From: Octopus sinensis
Taxonomy: Eukaryota
DNA: 21,554 bases
NCBI RefSeq assembly: GCF_006345805.1
Contig: NW_021824010.1
Location: 1-21,554, forward strand
Direction: 5' to 3'
A model generated the notes under the pieces. The model saw nothing but the letters and a program-made list of their open reading frames with translations, searched no databases and was not told the origin of the DNA. Numbering within the stretch: the first letter of the stretch is position 1; the number at the start of each line of letters is the position of its first letter. Of the stretch, positions 10,937 to 20,390 are shown one piece after another. A program made the position numbers and the translations under genes.

Positions 10937-11592
10937 AGGCGCAGGAGTGGCTGTGTGGTAAGAAGCTTGCTTACCAACCACATGGTTCCGGGTTCAGTCC
11001 CACTGCGTGTCACCTTGGGCAAGTGTCTTCTACTATAGCCTCGGGCCGACCAAAGCCTTGTGAGTGAATAAAGTATATATATATATGTATAGGCGTAGAG
11101 TGGCTGTGTGGTAAGTAGCTTGCTTACCAACCACATGGTTCCGGGTTCAGTCCCACTGCGTGTCACCTTGGGCAAGTGTCTTCTACTATAGCCTCGGGCC
11201 GACCAAAGCCTTGTGAGTGAATAAAGTATATATATATGTATAGGCGTAGAGTGGTGTGTGTGTGTAAGTAGCTTGTTACCAACCACATGGTTCCGGGTTC
11301 AGTCCCACTGCGTGGCACCTTGGGTAAGTGTCTTCTGCTATAGCCTCGGGCCGACCAAAACCTTGTAAGTGTATAAAGTAGACGGAAACTGAAAGAAGCC
11401 CGTCGTATATATATATATGTATAGGCGTAGAGTGGCTGTGTGGTAAGTTGCTTGCTTACCAACCACATCGTTCCGGTTTCAGAGCCACTGCGTGGCACCT
11501 TGGGCAACTGTCTTCTACTATAGCCTCGGGCCGACCAAAGCCTTGTGGGGGGATTTGGTAGACGCAAAGTGAATAAAGACCGTCATATATAC

Positions 11593-11623
<31 letters not shown>

Positions 11624-12207
11624 GGCGCAGGAGTGGTAAGTAGCTTGCTTACCAACCACATGGTTCTGCGTTCGGTACTACTGCGTGGCTGTGTGGTAAG
11701 TAGCTTGCTTACCAACCACATGTTTCCGGGTTCAGTCCCACTGCGTGGCACCATGGGCAAGTGTCTTCTACTAAAGCCACGGGGCGACCAAAGCCTTGTG
11801 AGTGAATAAAGTAGACGGAAACTGAAAGAAGCCCGACGTATATATACATATATATATAGGTGGAGGAGTGGCTGTGTGGTAAGTAGTTGCTTACCAACCA
11901 CATGGTTCCGGGTTCGGTCCCACTGCGTGGCACCTAGGGCAAGTGTCTTCTACTATAGCCTCGGGCCGACCAAAGCCTTGTGAGTGAATAAAGTAGATGG
12001 AAACTGAAAGAAGCCCGTCGTACATATATATATATATATATGAATAGGCGTAGTAGTGGCTGTGTGGTAAGTAGCTTGCTTACCAACCACATGGTTCTGT
12101 GTTCGGTCCCACTGCGTGGCACCTTCGGCATGTGTCTTCTACTATAGCCTCGGGCCGACCAAAGCCTTGTGAGTGGATTTGGTAGACGGAAACTGAAAGA
12201 AGCCCAT
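10937..12207 (+). mobile_element. Tandem array of SINE family A 5' halves separated by (TA)n
   Basis: Heads at about 10937, 11091, 11242, 11423, 11623, 11686 (partial), 11858 and 12046. Each stops at or before the internal (TA)n; there are no 3' halves. Confidence 0.87.
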
Positions 12208-12306
12208 TGTATATATGTATATATATATATATATATATAACGGCCATGTTCGGAAGGTTTTCTTACGTGCCACCGCCACTGGTATCACAGCTACAATTTC
12301 CACTGA

Positions 12307-12406
12307 TATGTATGTATGTATGTATGTATGTATGCATGTATGTATGTATGTATGTATGTATGTATGTATGTATGTATGTTTGTATGTATGTATGTATGTA
12401 TGTATG

Positions 12407-12440
<34 letters not shown>

Positions 12441-12512
12441 TGTATGCATGTATGTATGTATATATATGCATGTGTGTATGTACGTATGTATGTATGTATG
12501 TATGCATGTATG

Positions 12513-12544
<32 letters not shown>

Positions 12545-12830
12545 TGCATGTATGTATATGTATGTATGTATGTATGTATGTATATGTATGTATGTATGTA
12601 TGTATGTATATATGTATGTATGCATGTATGCATGTATGTATGTATGTCTGTATGTATGTATGTATGTATGTATGCATGTATGTATGCATGTATGTATGTA
12701 TGTATGTATATGTATGTATGAGTGTGTATGTATGTATGTATGTATATATATATATATGTATGTATGTATGTATTTGTATGTATGTATGTATGCATGCATG
12801 TAGGTATGAGTGTGTATATATGTATGTATG

Positions 12831-12863
<33 letters not shown>

Positions 12864-13110
12864 TTGTATGTATGTATGCATATATGTGTGTTTGTATGTA
12901 TGTATGTATGTATGTATATATGCATGCATGTTTGTATGTATGAGTGTGTATGTATGTATGTATATATGTATGTATGTACATTTATGTATGTATGTAAGTA
13001 TGCATGTATGTATGCCTGTATGTATATATATATGCATGCATGCATGTATGTATCTATGTATGTATGCATGCATTTTTGTATGTATGAGTGTGTATGTATG
13101 TATGTATGTA
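12307..13110. repeat. About 800-bp (TATG)n microsatellite with TA/TGCA/TGAG interruptions
   Basis: Direct reading; source of the HTYI and MYVC ORF artefacts. Confidence 0.97.
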
Positions 13111-13165
13111 GACATTTTACACATAGAAGACCATCAATGTGCATTTGTGTGTGTAAGGAACTGAC

Positions 13166-13243
13166 CTGACAAATGGAGGGAATCCACAAAGTAAAATATA
13201 TGTTATGACCCCTGCAGCCCAGACGTCCACTTTTAGGCCATAC
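13166..13243 (-). CDS. DCLK: DCLK-family kinase exon (subdomain IX): (G)[25 protein letters not shown](S)
   Basis: 78 nt, phase 2-2. Acceptor ttttctttttcctccag, donor AG|gtcagt. Nearly identical to DCLK1/2 [24 protein letters not shown] as I recall it. Confidence 0.96.
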
Positions 13244-13269
13244 CTGGAGGAAAAAGAAAAGGTTTCGCT

Positions 13270-13665
13270 TTTATTTTTGTTTTTTAATGTACCAACAACG
13301 AATAAATATAAATTTATTTGTGGAGAAAACTTCGAACTAACTTTACAAGAAACAGCGTCTTTTCAGGTTAAAGGGAGAACACCTAGAAAATAATTCCTTA
13401 CGACATTCAGTTATGTCCCTTTATTTTCAAAGTTGAAATTTTATCAGAATCCACTTAACAAGAAAAAAGTTTGGGTTTTATTTTTGATTTTTAATGTACC
13501 AGGCGCAGAAGTGGCTGTGTGGTAAGTAGCTTGTTTACGAACCAGATGGTTCCGGGTTCAGTCCCACTGCGTGGCATCTTGGGCAAGTGTCTTCTGCTAT
13601 AGCCCCGGGCCGACCAAAGCCTTGTGAGTGGATTTGGTAGACGGAAACTGAAACAACCTGTCGTA

Positions 13666-13709
<44 letters not shown>

Positions 13710-13721
13710 ATAATATATATA

Positions 13722-13778
<57 letters not shown>

Positions 13779-14530
13779 GTGTGTGTGTTGTGTAGGAGTG
13801 GCTGTGTGGTAAGTAGCTTGTTTACCAACCACATGGTTCCGGGTTCAGTCCCACTGTGTGGCACCTTGGGCAAGTGTCTTCTCCTATAGCCCAGGCCGAC
13901 CAATGCCTTGTTAGTGGATTCGGTAGACGGAAACTGAAAGAAGCCTGTCGTATATATGTATTTATATATATATATATTTATAGGCGCAGGAGTGGCTGTG
14001 TGGTAAGTAGCTTCCTTAACAACCACATGGTTCCGGGGTCAGTCCCACTGCGTGGCATCTTGGGCAAGTGTCTTCTACTATAGCCCCGGGCTGACCAATG
14101 CCTTGTGAGTGGATTTGGTAGACGGAAACTGAAAGAAGCCTGTCGTATATATGTATATATATATATATATATATACGTGTGTGTTTGTGTGTCTGTGTTT
14201 GTCCCCCTAGCATTGCTTGAGAACCGATGCTGGTGTGTTTTCGTCCCCGTCACTTAGCGGGTCGGCAAAAGAGACCGATAGAATAAGTACTGGGCTCACA
14301 AAGAATAAGTCCCGGGGTCGATTTGCTCGACTAAAGGCGGTGCTCCAGCATGGCCGCAGTCAAATGATTGAAACAAGTAAAAGAGTAAAAGAGTAAAGAG
14401 TACCAACATCGAACTAAATTTACAAGAAATAGAGTCTCTTCGGGTTTAAGGGAGAATACCTAGCAAAAAATTTCCTTACGACGTTCAGTTATATCCCTTT
14501 ATTTTCAAAATTGAACCTTCATCAGAAAAA
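13270..14530 (+). repeat. Old diverged direct duplication of AT-rich intronic DNA, split by the SINE block
   Basis: 13333-13445 (TCGAACTAACTTTACAAGAAAC...TTTATTTTCAAAGTTGAA) aligns by eye to 14410-14516 (TCGAACTAAATTTACAAGAAAT...TTTATTTTCAAAATTGAA). TTTTTAATGTACC occurs at 13281 and 13488. Confidence 0.7.
13501..14399 (+). mobile_element. SINE family A block: two 5' halves plus one full copy
   Basis: Heads at 13501, about 13790 and 13982; tail ends at about 14399. Long (TA)n at 13663-13777. Flanked by GTACCA at 13496-13501 and 14400-14405. Confidence 0.88.
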
Positions 14531-14595
14531 CTTTCATCTTTCACATTTAAAACAGACGCTGAGAGTATGGGGTTATCTGACTAATAATTACTAGT

Positions 14596-14800
14596 TTCAG
14601 TCAATTGACTGCGGCCATGCTGGAGCACCGCCTTTTTAGTCGAGCAAACCGACCCCGGGACTTATTCTTTGTAAGCCCAGTACTTATTCTATCGGTCTCT
14701 TTTGCCGAACCGCTAATTTACGGTGACGTAAACACACCAGCATCGGTTGTCAAGCAATGCTAGGGGGACAAACACAGACACACAAACACATATACACACT
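14596..14800 (-). mobile_element. SINE family A 3' half, minus strand
   Basis: Reverse complement of the family A tail region (CAGTCAATTGACTGCGGCCATGCTGGAGCACCGCC...). Confidence 0.88.
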
Positions 14801-14825
14801 CATATATATATATATATATACATTT

Positions 14826-14901
14826 ATAATCGACTTAATACCTATGTCTGTCCTTGTTTGTCCCCTCTATGTTTAGCCCCTTGTGGGTAATAAAGAAATA
14901 G
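14826..14901 (+). mobile_element. SINE family B 3' fragment
   Basis: TATAATCGACTTAAT...TTTAGCCCCTTGTGGGTAATAAAGAAATAG, joined directly to a minus-strand family A fragment at 14902. Confidence 0.85.
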
Positions 14902-15847
14902 GTTGTCAAGCGATGTTGGGGGGACAAACACAGACACACAAACATATACATACATATATATACGACGGGCTTCTTTCAGTTTCCGTCTTCCAAATCCACT
15001 CACAAGGCTTTGCTCGGCCCGGGGCTATAGCAGAAGACACTTGCCCAAGATGCCACGCAGTGGGACTGAACCCGACCCATGTGGTTGGTAAGCAAGAGAC
15101 ATACCACACAGCCACTCCTACGCCTATATACATATATACGACGGGCTTCTTTCAGTTTCCGTCTACTAAATCCACTCACAAGGATTTGGTCGGCCCGACG
15201 CTATAGTAGAAGACAGTTGCCCAAGGTGCCACGCAGTGGGACTGAACCCGGAACCACGTGGCTGGTAAGCAAGCTACTTACCACACAGCCACTCCTATGC
15301 CTATATACATATATACGACGGGCTTCTTTCAGTTTCCGTCTACTAAATCCACTCACAAGGATTTGGTCGGCCCGAGGCTATAGTAGAAGATACTTGCCCA
15401 AGGTTCCACGCAGTGGGACTGAAACCGGAACCACGTGGCTGGTAAGCAAGCTAGTTACCACACAGCCACTCCTATGCCTATATACATATATACGACGGGC
15501 TTCTTTCAGTTTCCGTCAACTAAATCCACTCACAAGGCTTTGGTCGGCCCGAGGCTATAGTAGAAGACAATTGCCCAAGGTGCCATACAGTGGGACTGAA
15601 CCCGGAACCACGTGGTTGGTAAGCAAGCTACTTACCACACAGCCACTCCTGCGCCTATATTAAATATATATATATATATATATAACAACAGGATTCTTTC
15701 AGTACCCGTCTACCAAATCCACTCACAAGGCTTTGGTCGGCCCGAGGCTATAGTAGAAGACACTTGCCAAGGTGTGCCACGCAGTGGGACTGAACCCGGA
15801 ACCACGGGCTGGTAAGCAAGCTACTTCACACAGCCACTCCTACCCCT
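14902..15847 (-). mobile_element. Tandem array of five SINE family A 5' portions, minus strand
   Basis: Head ends at 15125, 15302, 15479, 15656 and 15847 (period 177, 177, 177, 191), with short TA spacers. Confidence 0.88.
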
Positions 15848-15904
15848 ATGGTGATGTGACTTGGTTGATGGGTCTATATACGTATGTTTGAACATAAGTA
15901 AAAG

Positions 15905-16422
15905 TGGCTCGGCAGAAGGTAATGGCAAAACTTCTGCTGACTCTTTTGCCACAACTTTCTCTCTCTTTCCTCCTGCATCTTGCAGCTCACCTGCGATGGA
16001 CTGGCGTCCCGTCCAGGTGGGGAACCTATAACCGAGAGGAGGAGGAGGAAACTGGGAAACCGGCCCTTATGAGCCAGGGATGGCTCGAGAAGGAACAAAC
16101 AAACAATATATATATAAATGGAGGCACATGGTCTAGTGTTTGGAGCAGCGGACTCGCGGTCGAGGGATCGCGGGTTCGAATCTCAGACCGGGCAATATGT
16201 GTATTTATGAGCGAAAACACCTAAGCTCCACACGGCTCCGGCTGAAGGTAATGGCGAACTTCCCGGACTCTTTCGCCACAACTTTCTGTCACTCTTTCCT
16301 CCTGCATCTTGCAGCTCACCTGCGATGGACTAGGTCCCGTCCAGGTGGGGAAACCTATACGCCAAGAAAACGGGAAACGGCCCTTATGAGCCAGGGATGG
16401 CTCGAGAAGAAACGAACAAAAA
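15905..16422 (+). mobile_element. SINE family D: one 5'-truncated copy (15905-16106) and one full copy (16119-16422)
   Basis: tRNA-like head GGCACATGGTCTAGTG...GGTTCGAATC (B box 16173-16182); body contains CTGCGATGGACTGGCGTCCCGTCCAGG; (AACA)n-like tail. Confidence 0.85.
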
Positions 16423-16463
16423 CTTCTCCATACATCACAAGGAATATATTTTCAGTTAGCAAT

Positions 16464-17018
16464 CCCGGTTTCTTGGCGTATAGGTTCCCCACCTGGACGG
16501 GACGTTGGTCCATCGCAGGTGAGCTGCAAGATGCAGGAGGAAAGAGTAAGAGAAAGATGTGGCGAAAGAGTCAGCAGAAGTTCGCCACTTCCTTCTGCCG
16601 GAGCCACGTGGAGCTTAGGTGTTTTCGCTCATAAACACACACATCGCCCGGTCTGAGATTCGAACCCGCGATCCCTCGACCGCGAGTCCGCTGTTCTAAC
16701 TACTAGGCCATGTGCTTCCATATATATACATATTGTTTGTTCCTTCTCGAGCCACGCCTGGCTCATAAGGGCCGGTTTCCTTGGCGTATAGGTTCCCCAC
16801 CTGGACGGGACGCCAGTCCATCGCTGGTGAGCTGCAAGATGCAGGAAGAAAGAGTGAGAGAAAGTTGTGGTGAAAGAGTCAGCAGAAGTTTGCCATTACC
16901 TTCTGCCGGAGCCGCGTGGAGCTTAGGTGTTTTCGCTCATAAACACACACATTGCCCGGTCTGAGATTCGAACCCGCGATCCTCGACCACTAGTCTGCTG
17001 CTCTAACCCATAGGCCAT
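16464..17018 (-). mobile_element. SINE family D: two minus-strand copies (16464-16720, 16733-17018)
   Basis: Reverse complements of the 15905-16422 copies (GAGATTCGAACCCGCGATC is the reversed B box). Confidence 0.85.
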
Positions 17019-17031
17019 AAAAAACTTGAAG

Positions 17032-18900
17032 GGCGGCGAGCTGGCAGAATGGTTAGCACGCCGGGCGAAATGCGTAGCGTATTTCGTCTGCGTTAAGTGT
17101 TCTGGGTTCAAATTCCGCCGAGGTCGACTTTGCCTTCCATCCTTTCGGGGTCGATAAATTAAGTACCACTTTCGCACTGGGGTCGATGTAATCGACTTAA
17201 TCCCTTTGTCTGTCCTTGTTTGTCCCCTCTGTGTTTAGCCCCTTGTGGGTAGTAAAGAAATAGGTATTTCGTCTGCCGTTAAGTGTTCTGGGTTCAAATT
17301 CCGCCGAGGTCGACTTTGCCTTCCATCCTTTCGGGGTCGATAAATTAAGTACCAGTTTCGCACTGGAGTCGATGTAATCGACTTAATCCCTTTGTCTGTC
17401 CTTGTTTGTCCCCTCTGTGTTTAGCCCCTTGTGGGTAGTAAAGAAATAGGTATTTCGTCTGCCTTTAACTGTTCTGGGTTCAAATTCAGCCGAGGTCGAC
17501 TTTGCCTTTCATCCTTTCGGGGTCGATAAATTAAGTAGTCCAGTTCGCACTGGGGTCGATGTAATCGACTTAATCCCTTTGTCTGTCCTTGTTTGTCCCC
17601 TCTGTGTTTAGCCCCTTGTGGGTAGTAAAGAAATAAGTATTTCGTCTGCCGTTAAGTGTTCTGGGTTCAAATTCCGCCGAGGTCGGACTTTGCCTTCATC
17701 CTTTAGGGTCGAATAACTTAAGTACCAGTTTCGCACTGGGGTCGATGTAATCGACTTAATCCCTTTGTCTGTCCTTGTTTGTCCCCTCTATGTTTAGCCC
17801 CTTGTGGGTAGTAAAGAAATAAGTATTTCGTCTGCCGTTAAGTGTTCTGTGTTCAAATTCCGCAGAGGTCGACTTTGCCTTCCATCCTTTCGGGGTCGAT
17901 AAATTAAGTACCAGTTTCGCACTGGGGTCGATGTAATCGACTTAATCCCTTTGTCTGTCCTTGTATGTCCCCTCTGTGTTTAGCCCCTTGTGGGTAGTAA
18001 AGAAATAGGTATTTTGTCTGCCGTTAAGTGTTGTGGGTTCAAATTCCGCCGAGGTCGACTTTGCCTTCCATCCTTTCGGGGTCGATAAATTAAGTACCAG
18101 TTTCGCACTGGGGTCGATGTAATCGACTTAATCCCTTTGTCTGTCCTTGTTTGTCCCCTCTGTGTTTAGCCCCTTGTGGGTAGTAAAGAAATAGGTATTT
18201 CGTCTGCCTTTAACTATTCTGGGTTCAAATTCAGCCGAGGTCGACTTTGCCTTTCATCCTTTCGGGGTCGATAAATTAAGTACCAGTTACGCACTGGGTT
18301 CTATTTAATCGACTTAATCCGTTTGTCTGTCCTTGTTTGTCCCCTCTGTGTTTAGCCCCTTGTGGGTAGTAAAGAAATAGGTATTTCGTCTGCCGTTAAG
18401 TGTTCTGGGTTCAAATTCCGCCGAGGTCGACTTTGCCTTTCATCCTTTCGGGGTCGATAAATTAAGTACCAGTTACGCACTGGGGTCGATGTAATCGACT
18501 TAATCCCTTTGTCTGTCCTTGTTTGTCCCCTCTGTGTTTAGCCCCTTGTGGGTAGTAAAGAAATAGGTATTTCGTCTGCCGTTAAGTGTTCTGGGTTCAA
18601 ATTCCGCCGAGGTCCACTTTGCCTTTCATCCTTTCGGGGTCGATAAATTAAGTACCAGTTTCGCACTGGGGTCGATGTAATCGACTTAATCCCTTTGTCT
18701 GTCCTTGTTTGTCCCCTCTGTGTTTAGCCCCTTGTGGGTAGTAAAGAAATAGGTATTTCGTCTGCCGTTAAGTGTTCTGGGTTCAAATTCCGCCGAGGTC
18801 CACTTTGCCTTTCATCCTTTCGGGGTCGATAAATTAAGTACCAGTTACGCACTGGGGTCGATGTAATCGACTTAATCCCTTTGTCTGTAGTAAAGAAATA
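17032..18900 (+). mobile_element. SINE family B satellite-like array: one headed unit plus nine A-box-less 186-bp units
   Basis: A box TGGCAGAATGG at 17042-17052 only; B box GGTTCAAATTCC at 17105-17116 and in each unit. Unit starts 17079, 17264, 17450, 17637, 17823, 18009, 18195, 18381, 18567, 18753. Confidence 0.9.
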
Positions 18901-18915
18901 TATATAAACACTTAC

Positions 18916-19048
18916 CCTTTTTCTGACAGAATATCCGGGCCACATAAGTAGGGGTTCCGCAAACAACGAACAAGGGTTGTTTTGCATCGGTTGCTAATCC
19001 AAAATCTCCAAGTTTCACAGCCTTTGATCCATCATTCATCTCGCAGAC
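18916..19048 (-). CDS. DCLK: DCLK-family kinase exon (subdomains VII-VIII): [37 protein letters not shown][P]DILSEK(G); 1 nt short as assembled
   Basis: Acceptor attttattccttttttcag, donor GG|gtaagt. DFG and CGTPTYVA are present. The exon is 133 nt but 134 are needed to join the next exon in frame; adding one base to the G run at 18937-18939 restores ILSEKG|YGLKVD. Confidence 0.92.
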
Positions 19049-19107
19049 CTGAAAAAAAGGAATAAAATGAAATCACAAGATGGCTTTTTGGCTTTTATAA
19101 TTTGAAG

Positions 19108-19426
19108 ATCATCATTGTCATCATCATCATCGTCATCATCGTCGTCGTCGTCGTCGTCATCATCATCATCCTCATCATCCTCATCATCATCATAATCATC
19201 ATAATCATCATAATCGTCATCATCCTCATCATCCTCATCCTCATCAACATCATCATCATCATCATCATCATCATAATCATCGTCATCAACAACATCATCA
19301 TCATCATCATCATCATCGTCATCATCATCGTCATCATCATCATCATAATCATAATCATCATAATCATCATCATCGTCATCATCGTCATCATCGTCGTCAT
19401 CATCGTCGTCGTCGTCATTATCATCG

Positions 19427-19478
<52 letters not shown>

Positions 19479-19530
19479 TATTATTATTACCATCACCATC
19501 ACCATCACCATCATCATCATCATCATCATC
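19108..19530. repeat. About 420-bp degenerate (CAT)n tract with CGT/CCT/AAT variants
   Basis: Direct reading; source of the poly-M and poly-I ORF artefacts. Continuous with the end of the first family C unit. Confidence 0.97.
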
Positions 19531-19689
19531 GTTTAATGTCCGTTTTCCGTGCTAGCACGGGTTGGACGGTTCGACTGAGGTTTTGGAAGCCAGGAGGCTG
19601 CACCAGGCCCCAGTGTGATCTGGCAGTGTTTCTACAGCTGGATGCCCTTCCTAACGCCAACCACTCCGTGAGTGTAGTGGGTGCTACAT

Positions 19690-19737
<48 letters not shown>

Positions 19738-19897
19738 TATCATCGTTTAACGTCCGTTTTCCATGCTAGCATAGTTTGGACGGTTCGACCAGGGTCTGGG
19801 ATGCCAGAAGGCTGCACCAGGCCCCAGTCAGATCTGGCAGTGTTTCTACAGCTGGAAGCCCTTCCTAACGCCAACCACTCCGTGAGTGTAGGGGTGC

Positions 19898-19948
<51 letters not shown>

Positions 19949-20113
19949 CATCATATCATCGTTAACGTCCGCTTTCCATGCTAGCGTGGGTTGGACGGTT
20001 CGACCAGGTCGGGATGCCAGAAGGCTGCACCAGGCCCCAGTCAGATCTGGCAGTGTTTCTACAGCTGGAAGCCCTTCCTAACGCCAACCACTCCGTGAGT
20101 GTAGGGGTGCTAC

Positions 20114-20162
<49 letters not shown>

Positions 20163-20345
20163 CATCATATCATCGTTTAACGTCCGCTTTCATGCTAGCG
20201 TGGTTGGACGGTTCGACCGGGGATCTGGGATGCCAGAAGGCTGCACCAAGACCCAGTCTGATCTGGCAGTGTTTCTACAGCTGGATGCCCTTCCTAACGC
20301 CAACCACTCCAAGAGTGTAGTGAGTGCTACATATATATACATATA

Positions 20346-20390
<45 letters not shown>

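Noticed and set aside
12240-12306. Short GC-richer island (TTACGTGCCACCG) as a micro-exon
   Set aside because: No convincing splice pair, and the flanking kinase exons already join in frame. More likely a repeat fragment, possibly related to family C; unverified.
12142-13189. Long HTYI- and MYVC-repeat ORFs (up to 308 aa)
   Set aside because: Translations of the (TATG)n microsatellite, which is largely stop-free; no coding signal.
6805-15815. Many recurring ORFs (MPRSGTEPGTMWLVSK and similar)
   Set aside because: Chance frames through SINE A copies; non-coding repeats.
16119-16195. Possible tRNA genes at the SINE heads (also 17032-17120 and the family A heads)
   Set aside because: A/B boxes are present but I see no complete cloverleaf, and the heads continue into SINE bodies. 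Anticodon not assignable.
19108-19530. Nova-type YCAY cluster regulating the adjacent exon
   Set aside because: TCAT repeats are on the plus strand, while the pre-mRNA (minus) reads (AUG)n.
19095-19536. Poly-Met and poly-Ile ORFs
   Set aside because: Translations of the (CAT)n tract.
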